A stretch of DNA of 64,000 nt from an uncultured Phycisphaerales bacterium. GTDB lineage: Bacteria; Planctomycetota; Phycisphaerae; Sedimentisphaerales; Anaerobacaceae. Under the pieces are notes generated by a model. It did not search any database and was not told the origin of the DNA. It worked only from the letters and a program-made list of their open reading frames with translations. This document shows positions 30,406 through 41,551 of the stretch, one piece after another (the first letter of the stretch is position 1; every line of letters starts with the position of its first letter). The DNA is taken from assembly GCA_963718665.1 (NCBI GenBank), contig OY970359.1, forward strand, positions 1,600,001 through 1,664,000, given 5' to 3'. Both the position numbers and the translations under genes were made by a program.

Positions 30406-31734
30406 ATGGCGAAAAAGGTTTTCAAACTGGCTGACGTGGCAGAGCCGAATCTGTACCGGGAAGTGTTCCCTTATACCGAATTTCCTATTACGAAATTCGA
30501 GAAGCGGGGCGTGCCTTATGAACTGCCCGAGCAGATATGGATAACGGACACGACTTTCCGCGACGGCCAGCAGGCAAGGCCGCCATATACGCCTGAGCAG
30601 GTTTTGAGGATATACGACCTGCTGCACGAGATAGACGGCGATACCGGTCTGATTCGGCAGTGCGAGTTCTTTTTGTATTCGGACCGCGACCGCAAGGCGG
30701 TTGAGCTTTGCAAGGCACGCGGCTACAAGTATCCGGAAATCACCGGCTGGATTCGTGCGGTCGCGGAGGATTTCAAGTTAGTCAAGCAGATGGGGCTTGC
30801 GGAGACGGGAATTCTGACGAGCGTGAGCGATTATCACATATTCCTGAAACTTCGAAAGACCCGTGCACAAGCGCTGGCAGGATATTTGGATATTGTGAAG
30901 GCGGCTTTGGACCAGGGTGTTTTGCCGAGATGCCATTATGAGGATGTAACGCGGGCGGATTATGATGGATTTATACTGCCGTTTTCCGCGGAGCTGATGA
31001 AGCTGGGCGAGGAGTATAAAAAGCCCATTAAAATTCGGCTGTGCGATACGCTTGGTTTTGGATTGCCCTGGGCGGGTTCTGCGCTGCCGAGAAGCGTGCC
31101 GAAACTTGTTGCGGGGCTTCGCAAGATTGGTGTGCCGGGTGAGCAGCTGGAATGGCACGGGCATAATGATTTGCACAAGGTGGAGGTAAATGCCGCGACG
31201 GCGTGGCTGTACGGGTGCTGTGCGGCGAATAGTGCGATATTCGGCGTCGGCGAGCGGACGGGCAACCCGCCTCTGGAAGCGATGATTATCGAACATGCGC
31301 AAATCAAGGGGATGATGAAAGGCGTTAATTACGCGGCGATAACCGAGCTTGCCCAGTATGCCGCAAAAGAGCTTGGTTTCGATATAGCCAGCAATTATCC
31401 GCTTGTGGGCAGGGACTTTAATGTAACCCGCGCGGGTATTCACGCGGACGGCCTGCTGAAAAACGAGGAGATATATAACTGCTTCGATACCGATAAACTG
31501 CTGAACAGGCCCGTTGAGGTCGCGATTACGGACAAGACGGGTGCGGCAGGGATAAAGCACTGGATTGAATCAAGGTTCCAAATGGAAATTATGAAGCATG
31601 ACCCGCGAGTGATAAAGATAAGAGACCGGATAGCGGCGGAATACGCTTCGGACAGGTCGTCGGCCATATCGGACGACGAGATGTTTAAGTGGATAAAAGA
31701 GGCGTTCGGGGACGAGATGCCTCCTTTGAGGTGA
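30406..31734 (+). CDS. DRE-TIM acyltransferase, Re-citrate synthase-like
   Basis: ITDTTFRDGQQ, IRQCEFFLY, EWHGHND, GERTGN; no LeuA regulatory domain. Confidence 0.8.
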   Translation: MAKKVFKLADVAEPNLYREVFPYTEFPITKFEKRGVPYELPEQIWITDTTFRDGQQARPPYTPEQVLRIYDLLHEIDGDTGLIRQCEFFLYSDRDRKAVELCKARGYKYPEITGWIRAVAEDFKLVKQMGLAETGILTSVSDYHIFLKLRKTRAQALAGYLDIVKAALDQGVLPRCHYEDVTRADYDGFILPFSAELMKLGEEYKKPIKIRLCDTLGFGLPWAGSALPRSVPKLVAGLRKIGVPGEQLEWHGHNDLHKVEVNAATAWLYGCCAANSAIFGVGERTGNPPLEAMIIEHAQIKGMMKGVNYAAITELAQYAAKELGFDIASNYPLVGRDFNVTRAGIHADGLLKNEEIYNCFDTDKLLNRPVEVAITDKTGAAGIKHWIESRFQMEIMKHDPRVIKIRDRIAAEYASDRSSAISDDEMFKWIKEAFGDEMPPLR

Positions 31735-31777
31735 TAAAATTAAACCACAGATTTCACAGATTACTCAGATAAGAGCG

Positions 31778-32569
31778 GTGGTGTTTGACCTGGGCGAGAC
31801 CCTGCTGAATTTCGGCAAGTTGGAGACGATGCAGATCTTTAGGCAAAGCGCGAGGTTGACTTACGATTACCTGAAGAGCCACGGTCAGCCCGCGGGTAGT
31901 TTCTGGTGGTATTTTATTCGCAACATTGCTGCAATCCAGGTGAGGACTTTGTGGGGGAATATTACGGGCAGAGATTTCGATGCTTTATCGCTTTTGAAAA
32001 GGTTCGGCATCAGACGCGGCTACACGCTAAATGAGGAACAGTGGCGGGAGGTTGGGTGGCTGTGGTATGAGCCGTTGAGCAGGATTGTGAAGGTCGAGCC
32101 GGATATAAAGGAAACGCTGGGTAAACTGAAGGGCATGGGGCTTAAATTAGGCATATTGAGCAATACATTTGTAAGCGCGGGGTCGTTAGACAGGCAGCTT
32201 GAGCAGCTTGGTATGCTGGAGTTTTTTCCGTATCGACTTTATTCTTACCAGTATGAGTTTCGCAAGCCGGACAGGCGGATATTTGAGGCGGCGATAGCGA
32301 AGGTGGGTGAGCTGGCGGAGAACATCCTTTTTGTTGGCGACAGGATATACACGGACATCAGGCCGGCGTTGAAAGCAGGAGTGCGGGCGGCATTGAAGTC
32401 GGCTTACACGAATAAGGGCAAAAAAGTGCCGGCTGGCGTCTGGAGAATAGATAAAATAAATGAATTGCCGATGATTATCGAAAAGGTTAACGGTATGAAA
32501 TCTGCGGATGGTGATGAGCTGCCAGCTGAAATTCCGGTTGCTGGTTGTGACGTATGCAAGAGGTGTTGA
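31778..32569 (+). CDS. HAD-superfamily hydrolase
   Basis: VFDLGETL, LSNT, RKPD, FVGD; true start may be GTG 31731 if one A is missing at 31736-31739. Confidence 0.88.
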   Translation: MVFDLGETLLNFGKLETMQIFRQSARLTYDYLKSHGQPAGSFWWYFIRNIAAIQVRTLWGNITGRDFDALSLLKRFGIRRGYTLNEEQWREVGWLWYEPLSRIVKVEPDIKETLGKLKGMGLKLGILSNTFVSAGSLDRQLEQLGMLEFFPYRLYSYQYEFRKPDRRIFEAAIAKVGELAENILFVGDRIYTDIRPALKAGVRAALKSAYTNKGKKVPAGVWRIDKINELPMIIEKVNGMKSADGDELPAEIPVAGCDVCKRC

Positions 32570-33913
32570 ATGGGTAAGCAGGTTGTTTTTCAAAGGTGTA
32601 TAAACCCTGATTGTGCGGCGGAGTATGACGTCAGCGAAGTGATATTCAAGTGCCCGAAGTGCGGGGACCTTTTGGACGCACAATACAACTGGGACCAAGT
32701 AGATATCCCGAAGAAGCTGGCTGATTTCGGCAAACGCTGGGCGAACAGGAACAATCGGCTGGATTTGTCGGGGGTGTGGCGGTTCAGGGAGCTTTTGAAT
32801 TTCTGCGATGATAAATACAAGATAACAATCGCGGAAGGGCAGACGATTTTGCAGGCCAGCGACGAGGTCGGCAAATATGCGGGGATGAAGGCGGGGCGAT
32901 TATTTTTGCAGTATGAGGGATTGAATCCGTCGGGGTCATTCAAGGATAACGGGATGACGGCGGCGTTCAGCCACGCAAAAATGGTGGGGGCGAAATCTTG
33001 CGCTTGTGCATCGACGGGCAACACGTCGGCGTCGGTTGCTCTTTACGCGCACAGCTGCGGGATGAAATGCACGGTCTTTATCGGGTCGGGAAGAATCGCT
33101 TTCGGGAAATTATCGCAGGCGATGGATTACGGCGCACAGACGATACAGATAAAGGGCGACTTCGATGATTGTATGAAGCAGGTGCAGGACGTCTGCACGA
33201 AACTCGGGTTATATCTGCTCAACTCGCTCAATCCATTCCGCTTGGAAGGGCAAAAGACGATAATGCTGCGGATTATCGAGGGGCTTGGGTGGGAAGTGCC
33301 TGACTGGATAGTTGTGCCGGGGGGCAATTTGGGCAATTCGAGCGCGTTCGGCAAGGCATTTTACGAATTGAAGCAGTTAGGTTTGATTAAACGTGTGCCG
33401 CGGCTGGCGATTATCAACGCGACGGGCGCGGATACGCTGACGGATATGGTGAACAACAAGAAATTGGTGTGGAACAACGGCAATGTGAATAACAAGGTCA
33501 TCGCCGATTACTACGCGGACCTTACGGCGAGGAAGTTTTCGCCTCATACGTGCGCATCGGCGATTGAAATTTCGCGGCCCGTGAATCTGAAGAAGTGTCT
33601 GCGTGCGATAGACGTTTGCAATGGCGTTGTGCGGGCGGTGAGCGATGAGGCGATTTGCGACGCCAAGGCGGTGATAGGCAAATACGGTCTTGGCTGTGAG
33701 CCGGCGTCGGCGGCATCAGTTGCGGGTCTGAAACTATTGCGAGACGAGGGCGTCATCGGGGCGGATGAGCGAATCGCGTGTGTGCTTACGGGGCATGCGC
33801 TTAAGGACCCGAATGTTACGGTGAATTATCACAAGGAAAAACAGGGGCTGTTCAGTAACCCGCCGATTGAGGCGCCGAACGATTTTAACGAGATATTGAA
33901 ACTTATAAAGTAG
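32570..33913 (+). CDS. thrC: Threonine synthase
   Basis: N-terminal Cys motif, [33 protein letters not shown]. Confidence 0.93.
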   Translation: MGKQVVFQRCINPDCAAEYDVSEVIFKCPKCGDLLDAQYNWDQVDIPKKLADFGKRWANRNNRLDLSGVWRFRELLNFCDDKYKITIAEGQTILQASDEVGKYAGMKAGRLFLQYEGLNPSGSFKDNGMTAAFSHAKMVGAKSCACASTGNTSASVALYAHSCGMKCTVFIGSGRIAFGKLSQAMDYGAQTIQIKGDFDDCMKQVQDVCTKLGLYLLNSLNPFRLEGQKTIMLRIIEGLGWEVPDWIVVPGGNLGNSSAFGKAFYELKQLGLIKRVPRLAIINATGADTLTDMVNNKKLVWNNGNVNNKVIADYYADLTARKFSPHTCASAIEISRPVNLKKCLRAIDVCNGVVRAVSDEAICDAKAVIGKYGLGCEPASAASVAGLKLLRDEGVIGADERIACVLTGHALKDPNVTVNYHKEKQGLFSNPPIEAPNDFNEILKLIK

Positions 33914-34016
33914 CAAAGGAAGAGACAGATATAGATTTGCCTTTGCCTGTCCGCTCGCCTGTGATGCAAGCAATTGTTTAACCGATATTTGAGGCCGGCA
34001 GGGCCTGAGTCGTTTG

Positions 34017-36494
34017 CTAAAAACTCAGGTCGTCTGTCTCGTTGAACGCAGCGAAGCTCAAGCCGAACTTCGCATCGCCCGACGCAACACCAAGGTCCGA
34101 CTTGATTATCGACACCGTAAATGTGCAGTTGTCGAGGTCTATACTTGCCGTTACCAGGGTGTTAATATTTTCGGCAGGAGTGATAACAGGATTGATTTTG
34201 CCGCAATTGTATAAATGTCCTTTCTTAGAGGCTTTAAAGCTGCCTTGGGGGATTGTGAAGGTCTGGGTGTTTGTATCATTCACGTCGCTTAAGGTAATGA
34301 CGACTTCTTTTGTGACCAGATTCGGTTCGTTGGTGTCGAGGTTCATATCCGCCACAGCAATGTCACCTTTTACGGACAACGAATCAGACGATGCTTTGGT
34401 GACGTTTTTGACCTTTGCCTTAGTGACAATAAGCGTGTCTTTATACAATCTCATAAGGCGGGCAGGTATCGACTGTTTGCTGCCGTTGACAACCGTTTCC
34501 CCGGCATTACCCGACACTTGATAGCCGCCCATAGTGAATCCGAGTTGAACCGGGCAAGCCAGGCCGGTCAGGTCGAGGTTATTGGCCTTTATCGCAAAGG
34601 TTCTTTTATGGAAATCCAGCGTCAGGGAAGTAATTTTTCCCGGCTGGCCCTTATAAACTTTGGCCAGGTGCGTGTACTTTCCTTTGCTATTGACCAGTGT
34701 CGGGTTGAAATCGCTTAGAGTTTCGGTGTAAACGACCTTGCCATCAGTTACAGAGGTGATATTAACTTCTACTGAATTTATATCGCTATAGTCACTTGGC
34801 AGCGTAATGGTTCCAGAGGCCTCGAAAGTATCTTTCATATCATTGTAGTCAGCGTTGTTATGATACTGGGTTTTGCCAGCCGCAACCTTACATTTGGTGA
34901 TTGTCAGAGAAGTTCCCGTCTGAAGCACTATATGACAAACAGTCAGAGGCGGGATGGTATATGTGAATGTGTTGTTTGTTATATCGGTGATTGCGGCGGT
35001 CTCCGTGATAGCGGGGCTGCTGCTGTCAAATCGCCACACTCTGCCTGATGTGAAATTTTGCGGGCTGGTAATATTGAAGGTTCCGGTGATGGCATTATTC
35101 ATGTTCTTATTAATGACTATCAGATGCATCTCGCAGGTATAGCCGTTGAACACAGAGGCATAAATGGAGCTGTCAACCTTGTCGGACATTGTCGAATAAA
35201 CTTCCGTATCTCCGAATGTGGATTTGTTGTTGTCGTAGTTTGTGTACATTTCGATTGCGGCATCAACATAGTTACCGTCACCCCAGTAACTCGCAAGGTA
35301 AACTCCGTATTTGCCGAAGATACCAAGGACATCCGCGGTGGCAATGCCGCCTGACCAGTGGGTTTCTCCGCCGTAAGCATACTCGGTTATCGTGAGATTG
35401 GTGTCAGGATAATAGGTATTTATTGAGCTCTGTAACCTGGGAATTATTGGCAGGTAACTGCTGTACCATTCCCCAATCCAGCTATTTTCAATATAACCCT
35501 GGTCCCACAGAGTTCTCGGCGCCTGCATACGGGCATCCCAGTTTGCGCTGTAATTCATAAAGTTTGTAATTCTGACGTCATTCACGTCCATCGCTTCCGG
35601 ATACCAGTGGACATCGAGAGCATCTAATAGTCGTTTGCCGGCGGCGACTGAATTTGCTTCCATCTTGTTTAAATAATAACTGAGGAACCAGTCATATCCA
35701 CTTCCTACGGTGCCCCAGTCGGGTGCGCCTTGGAAAGTCAGATAGCCGTTGAAACCATAGCTGACAGGGCCAAGCATCTGGGCATTGGGGTCAACATTTT
35801 TTACGGCTAAGGATATCGCCACGCTTTTATCTTTATATTCCGCACAGCCGGTCGCAGCAGGGTGAACTTCAGGGTGAGTGCTGTCCCAGAGGTCGGGTTC
35901 GTTGTCCATATCGTAGAATTTGACACCGTTCGGGTCGCCAGCGTGACCGTATTTGCTCACAAGAAAATTGACAAATTCATCCATATAGACATTGGGGTCA
36001 TTTCCGTCGGGATTGCCAGCAGGGCTGCAGAAGGGAGCGCCTTTGGCGAAAACGGCCTGCTTGAATCTTGATGATGGCGCTGTTTGAGTGGTTAGATCGA
36101 CATCGCCGCTGCCGTCAGCCGAGACATAGCCGGCCATTTGCACTGTTACGATAGAGTCCTGTTTGTTCGTAACACAGGAATTACGAAAATCGGTTACATA
36201 TTGGCCCGGAGTAGTGCTGCTGCAAAGATAATTATCGTTGCTGTAATACCAGTCGTTGCCGGCGTTTGAGTAGTTGTTTTCCCAGTTGTAAGCGGTTAGT
36301 CGATTTCCGCCACTTCTTACGACGGTGTAATTTGAGTTGCCTGTATCGTTTGTGCCGTAGACGTATTTGCTGATAGGCGTCCTGTTGACGTCAGTTTTGA
36401 TGTTATAAGTTACATTTATATTGGCTGCTGATGCAATTGGGCTATACGACAGATAGAAAACCAACGCGAGGGTGAGTAAGGTCGTTGCTTTCAT
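34017..36494 (-). CDS. Secreted glycoside hydrolase family 44 with a long C-terminal beta-rich extension
   Basis: RSGGNRLTAYNWENN, MDNEPDLW, DVHWYPEA, ITEY. Confidence 0.88.
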   Translation of the reverse strand: MKATTLLTLALVFYLSYSPIASAANINVTYNIKTDVNRTPISKYVYGTNDTGNSNYTVVRSGGNRLTAYNWENNYSNAGNDWYYSNDNYLCSSTTPGQYVTDFRNSCVTNKQDSIVTVQMAGYVSADGSGDVDLTTQTAPSSRFKQAVFAKGAPFCSPAGNPDGNDPNVYMDEFVNFLVSKYGHAGDPNGVKFYDMDNEPDLWDSTHPEVHPAATGCAEYKDKSVAISLAVKNVDPNAQMLGPVSYGFNGYLTFQGAPDWGTVGSGYDWFLSYYLNKMEANSVAAGKRLLDALDVHWYPEAMDVNDVRITNFMNYSANWDARMQAPRTLWDQGYIENSWIGEWYSSYLPIIPRLQSSINTYYPDTNLTITEYAYGGETHWSGGIATADVLGIFGKYGVYLASYWGDGNYVDAAIEMYTNYDNNKSTFGDTEVYSTMSDKVDSSIYASVFNGYTCEMHLIVINKNMNNAITGTFNITSPQNFTSGRVWRFDSSSPAITETAAITDITNNTFTYTIPPLTVCHIVLQTGTSLTITKCKVAAGKTQYHNNADYNDMKDTFEASGTITLPSDYSDINSVEVNITSVTDGKVVYTETLSDFNPTLVNSKGKYTHLAKVYKGQPGKITSLTLDFHKRTFAIKANNLDLTGLACPVQLGFTMGGYQVSGNAGETVVNGSKQSIPARLMRLYKDTLIVTKAKVKNVTKASSDSLSVKGDIAVADMNLDTNEPNLVTKEVVITLSDVNDTNTQTFTIPQGSFKASKKGHLYNCGKINPVITPAENINTLVTASIDLDNCTFTVSIIKSDLGVASGDAKFGLSFAAFNETDDLSF

Positions 36495-36816
36495 TTTGCT
36501 TTTCCTGACTTCGCTATCCTGCCCGCCGGAGCCCCAAAAACGACTCTAACCCGGCAGGGAAGCGGATTTTGAGTATGGCTTTATTATCATCTGACATTTC
36601 CCATATATACACCTTAATAACATCGGTATGTCTTCTGATTGCCATAAGTTTTTCACAAGCAATTTGGTCTGAAGATACGCAGAAAGACCGATATGATTGT
36701 GATTTTGCGTTCGCTGTTTTCGGAAATATCTTGATGGGAGTTTGTAAAACAACATAATATGGTGCGATTTGAAGCCGGTTAAATTCTTCGGGTAACTACA
36801 TTTGGGTCAGGAAAGA

Positions 36817-38482
36817 ATGGATTTGAATATTAGTCGCGGCAAGGTGTTTTGGATTACAGGGGCGTTGCTATTATCTGCGATGCTCGCCGGGTGGAAGCTT
36901 TCGGCGGTCCCGCTCGATGACCACGAGAGTTATGTGTCGGTTACTGCGCGAGATGCTGGGAGGCGGCAGTTGGATTGAGCCGACATTCAATGGTGAACCA
37001 CGACTGCAAAAGACACCCCTTTCATACTGGCTTGTGGCGAGTATTGCCAGGGTTACGGGTAAGGTTGATGAGTTTGCGGCGCGGCTGCCGAGCGCGGTTT
37101 TCGCATTTTTGTCCGCCGGGGCGGTGCTGTATTTCGTGAATCGATGGCTGTCGCTGCGAATCGCGTTGATAGCGACGGCTGTTTGGGCAACATCGATTGC
37201 ATACGTTCACTGGTCACATTCAGCGAGGCCTGAGATGGGGCTGGTTTTTTTTGTGACGCTGTGCCTTTTGTCTTTTTACTCAGCGATAACCAGTGGAGAC
37301 CGCCGGAGTCGTGTTGTTTTTATGTTTATCTTCTGGGGAAGTTTCGCGCTGGGTAATCTTGCGAAGGGACCAGCGCCGGTTGTTTATGTTTTACTGCCTG
37401 TGGGTTTATATATTGCGGTCAGGAGGGAATGGCGTGTAATTCCGAAATTGCTGCCGGTCTGGGGGATAATCATTTGTCTTGCTGTTGTATTGCCCTGGCC
37501 TTTGGCGGCGGCGTATAAAGCAAACTGGGACGTGATGATATGGAAGCGTGAGTTTTTCGACCGGTTGTTCGGCGAGTACGCGGCAGGCAATTATCCGTGG
37601 TATTATTACTTTGGGATGGTGTTCAAATACACAGCGCCGTGGTGCATTTTTCTTCCGATTGCCCTTGTTGCGCCTTTCTACAAGTCGTGGGGCGAAAAAC
37701 GGCCGGTTATGCAGTTTTTATGGTTGTGGTTTGCGGCAGATTATGTGTTTCTGATGCTGTCAGGAGGCAAGCGTCAGCATTATCTTCTGCCGCTGATTCC
37801 TGCGATGTCGATACTAACCGCTATACTGATAGATGAGATGGCGTTTGTGCGTCAGGTGTTTACGCTCAGATATGCGGCAAATATATTGCGGGGTCACGTA
37901 TTATTTTTCGTTTTGGTTTCGATAGCGGTTCCTGTTTATTTCGCCAAGGCGAAGATTCCAGAATTGGCATCCGCGACGGCGTGGGTATATGTGATTAGCT
38001 TTTCTGTGATTTTGATTGTGACGACCATAGTTGTTGCAATTCTTTTTGTTAAACGGTATTCGAGCATTGCCTGCGTTACGCTTTTTTGCGGAATCACCGT
38101 TTTAATGGCGCATCATTATACAGGTTTGTTAAGTATTATCAGTCCGGACAGGGCGGTGAAGGAATTTGCTCTAAAGGTTGCGGATATTGTGCCGGTGACC
38201 GACAAGATGGTTTCATACGGGCCTGTGCCATCCAATTTCATACATTACTTTGGCAGGGACGTGAAAAGAATCCAGGACGAAGCCGAATTGAACAATCTCT
38301 ATCAACAGAATTGCTGGGTTGTTTCATTCGGCAAGGGGATGGATGAGCTGTTGAGCACAGGGCGATACAAACTTGTGTATATGGATACGAACGCCAAGAG
38401 GCGCGGGGAAAACATATCTGCCGGAGGGTTGTTTCATAATTTTTCCTCTTCTGTTAGCGTGCCTTCGATAAGCAGCCAATAA
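36817..38482 (+). CDS. ArnT/PMT-family (GT-C) glycosyltransferase; apparent frameshift near 36950
   Basis: PTFNGEPRLQKTPL, ARLPSA, LAKGP; N-terminus with DDHE motif begins at ATG 36817 in another frame. Confidence 0.85.
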
Positions 38483-38504
38483 TTTATATCGGGGAGATAA
38501 GTGA

Positions 38505-40091
38505 ATGGATTTGATTGGTAGTCGCTGTAAGTTGTTTTTGATTCTGCTGTTTGCCTGGGCGGTAATATACCTGCCCGGGCTTGGCAGACAAGGGCTTAGG
38601 GGTGAGGAGGGGCGGCGGGTTCTGCCAGCGGTCGAAATGCTGAAGACGGGCAACTGGGTGCTGCCTCGCATTGCAGACATGGATTACTATAACAAACCGC
38701 CTGGGATAAACTGGCTTGTGGCCGCCTCATTTGTGCTGACAGGCGAGCAATCGGAGCTGACGGCGCGGCTGCCTTCGGTGGTGTTCGCTCTGATTTTCGT
38801 GGTGTTTTTAATCTGGATGCCGATCCCCTGGCTGGACCTCGAAGCCCGTTTGATTGGCGCGATAATTTTTCTGACCACCAGCGTCATTATAGAAAAAGGC
38901 CGGCTGATTGAAATTGAGACGGTTTACACGGCTCTTACCGGCATAGCGATACTTTTGTGGCTGAGCATCTGGTCAAGGAATGGTTCAAACCGGCTGCTGT
39001 GGCTTGCGCCATCAATAGTGCTTGCTTTTGGGATGCTGGTTAAGGGGCCGTTTATTCTCCTGTTCTTTTACAGTGTCGTGATTTCGGTATTGTATTACTC
39101 AAAGAAGCTGAAGAGTTTGTTTTCGATTTGGCATTTTGTCGGATGTGTGATTATTTTACTTCCGTTCTGCATATGGCTCCTGCTTGCGTTTCAGCAGACG
39201 TCCGCGTCCAAAATTTCATCTCAAATGACCAATCAATTGCTCATTAGAATCATCGATAAGATAGATATACTGTACTGGGGGCATAATTTTATTATGGAAT
39301 TCATGAATTTTCTGCCCTGGTTAGTTTTTTTACCGATGCTGTGGAGGGAGAAATTGACGGAAAGAATTGCCCCGCAATACCAGTCGCTGTTTCGCGGCAG
39401 CCGGCTCGGAATAGTGATTGGTTTTATTATAATTTCTCTGATGCCAAAAATGGAGTCGAGATACACCATACCTGTTATTCCGCTGGTATCTGTTTTGCTG
39501 GGCTGGACGCTTTCGCTTGAAAAGGAAATTGTTTCGACGGACCGCCTATGGAAAAGCGTACTGCTGGCGGGTTTCGCTGTGTCCTGCGTGACCGCAGCGG
39601 CAGGATTGGTATTTGTATCCGTATCGGCCGGGACGATTATTACGCTGGGGGCGACAATTTGCGCAACAGTTTTTATTTTTCTGAAACGCGGTAAGATTCA
39701 AGGCAAACCGGCACTTTCGCTTGCTACAATGCTGCTGGTTGTGATTGCAACGCTGCAGTATTCTACTTCTTTTCTCGATATTTCGGTGCCGATGGAAAAC
39801 CGTGCGTCGATGGGGACGGATATCAACAGAATTGTACCGGAGGGCGAGACAATAAATCTGTTTAGGCCGGGCACATTTATTTACCCGGCGATTTTCCGCT
39901 TTAGGATACCCACCAGATATATCTACGACGTCAACAATATCGACGAACAGGTTCATTATATGCTTATAAAACGGAAGGATTGGGATGTTCTAAGGACAGA
40001 GGGGAAAATCTCCGCCCGTTCTCCGCGGGTGATCCAGAAATTTGTCAACCCAGTACCCAACGAATACTGGTTAGTGCGGCTGGATCAATAA
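38505..40091 (+). CDS. ArnT/PMT-family (GT-C) glycosyltransferase
   Basis: GEEGRR, YYNKPP, ARLPS, LVKGP; many TM helices. Confidence 0.88.
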   Translation: MDLIGSRCKLFLILLFAWAVIYLPGLGRQGLRGEEGRRVLPAVEMLKTGNWVLPRIADMDYYNKPPGINWLVAASFVLTGEQSELTARLPSVVFALIFVVFLIWMPIPWLDLEARLIGAIIFLTTSVIIEKGRLIEIETVYTALTGIAILLWLSIWSRNGSNRLLWLAPSIVLAFGMLVKGPFILLFFYSVVISVLYYSKKLKSLFSIWHFVGCVIILLPFCIWLLLAFQQTSASKISSQMTNQLLIRIIDKIDILYWGHNFIMEFMNFLPWLVFLPMLWREKLTERIAPQYQSLFRGSRLGIVIGFIIISLMPKMESRYTIPVIPLVSVLLGWTLSLEKEIVSTDRLWKSVLLAGFAVSCVTAAAGLVFVSVSAGTIITLGATICATVFIFLKRGKIQGKPALSLATMLLVVIATLQYSTSFLDISVPMENRASMGTDINRIVPEGETINLFRPGTFIYPAIFRFRIPTRYIYDVNNIDEQVHYMLIKRKDWDVLRTEGKISARSPRVIQKFVNPVPNEYWLVRLDQ

Positions 40092-40111
40092 AACCTGTTG
40101 TGTTCTAAGAA

Positions 40112-40762
40112 TTAGTTCCGGGGTATTTGCGGCAGCGGATTGGGTATTTCCTCTATAACTCCTGCCTGGTTGAGCCGTATTGCGAATTCAGCCATATTAT
40201 TATTGAGGAATGGGCGCAGGGAACGTTTGTTGTCGTGGATGGGGTATCCGTGTTTTTCCATTTCATCTTCGACGATATTGGGGTTTATTTTCTGCACCAA
40301 AAGCTGGTATGTTGCGATGACGCCGCCGGTTCTTGCTGCTCCGGCGGCACAATGCACAAGCACAGGCAGGTTTTGTTTTTCCGCGTTGGCTATCGCGATG
40401 ACTGCACTGGTGTAATCATTTACATCCCCGGTGCCGTTGCCGCGCATAGGGAAACTTAATACTTTAATTTTCAGCTCGGCTGCGGCCTGTTTCTCGGCTT
40501 GCTTGTCGTGGTTATTGAGGTCGGCGGAGGTAAGGTCAACAATGATGCGGATGTTGTATTTAGTCAGTGTTTTTTTTATCAGGGAGGCGGATATTTGCCC
40601 GCTGCGATAAACATGTCCCGGAACCACCACGCCGAAATTTCTCGGGATGATGTGGTATCTGATGAAACCAAACCAGGCCCATGTCGCCAATCCAATAATG
40701 ATTACCGGCACTACGACAAACACCCATTTGTGCTTGGCCCTGGATGAAGCATTAAGATTCAT
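40112..40762 (-). CDS. Membrane-anchored PTP/dual-specificity phosphatase
   Basis: N-terminal TM, YRSGQ, VLVHCAAGAARTG. Confidence 0.87.
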   Translation of the reverse strand: MNLNASSRAKHKWVFVVVPVIIIGLATWAWFGFIRYHIIPRNFGVVVPGHVYRSGQISASLIKKTLTKYNIRIIVDLTSADLNNHDKQAEKQAAAELKIKVLSFPMRGNGTGDVNDYTSAVIAIANAEKQNLPVLVHCAAGAARTGGVIATYQLLVQKINPNIVEDEMEKHGYPIHDNKRSLRPFLNNNMAEFAIRLNQAGVIEEIPNPLPQIPRN

Positions 40763-40869
40763 TTGGCAGTCCTTTCAGCATTGCGGTTTATTTTAATAAA
40801 CCGCGGATAAAGTTTATTTCCTGTTTGGTAAGTTGTCCGCCTTTAATTTTTATGGTGCCAGAGAAAGGA

Positions 40870-41526
40870 TTAGTCCCTCGGTATTTGGGGAATCGTTGCG
40901 GGGATTTCGTCAATAATTCCGGCCCGTTTGAGCCGGGTAGCCAACTCAGCCATATTATCGTTTAGAAATGAACGAAGAACCGGCCTGTCGTCGATGGCGC
41001 ATCCGTATTTTTCAATTTCATCTTCAACAATATTTGGGTCAATTTTTTGCACCAGAAGCCGGTATGTTGCGATGACGCCGCCTGTTCTTTGGGCTCCTGC
41101 GGTGCAATGCACAAGGACAGGCAGGTTTTGTTTTTCCGCGTTGGCTATCGCGATGACTGCACTGGCGTAATCATTTATATCGCCGGTGCCATTACCGCTC
41201 ATAGTAAACCTTAATACTTTGATGTTTAGTTCGGCTGCGGCCTGTTTTTCGGCCTGCTTGTCGGGGTTGTTGGGGTCGGCGGAGGTAAGGTCAACAATAA
41301 TGCGAATGTTGTATTTAGTCAGGGTTTTTTTTATCAGAGAGGCAGAAATTTGTCCGCTTCGATAAATATGTCCCGGCACTACGACGCCGAACCTTTTGGG
41401 GACAAAGCGATATTTGATGAAGCTAAACCAGACCCATACCGCTAATCCAATCACGATTGCCGACACGGCGACAAAGAGCCATTTATGCCCGGCCCCGGAA
41501 TATACTTGTGAAGCGTTAAGATTCAT
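40870..41526 (-). CDS. Membrane-anchored PTP/dual-specificity phosphatase (paralog)
   Basis: YRSGQ, VLVHCTAGAQRTG; near-identical core to 40112-40762. Confidence 0.87.
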   Translation of the reverse strand: MNLNASQVYSGAGHKWLFVAVSAIVIGLAVWVWFSFIKYRFVPKRFGVVVPGHIYRSGQISASLIKKTLTKYNIRIIVDLTSADPNNPDKQAEKQAAAELNIKVLRFTMSGNGTGDINDYASAVIAIANAEKQNLPVLVHCTAGAQRTGGVIATYRLLVQKIDPNIVEDEIEKYGCAIDDRPVLRSFLNDNMAELATRLKRAGIIDEIPATIPQIPRD

Positions 41527-41551
41527 TGAGCAACCCTGTCAGCATTGTGGT

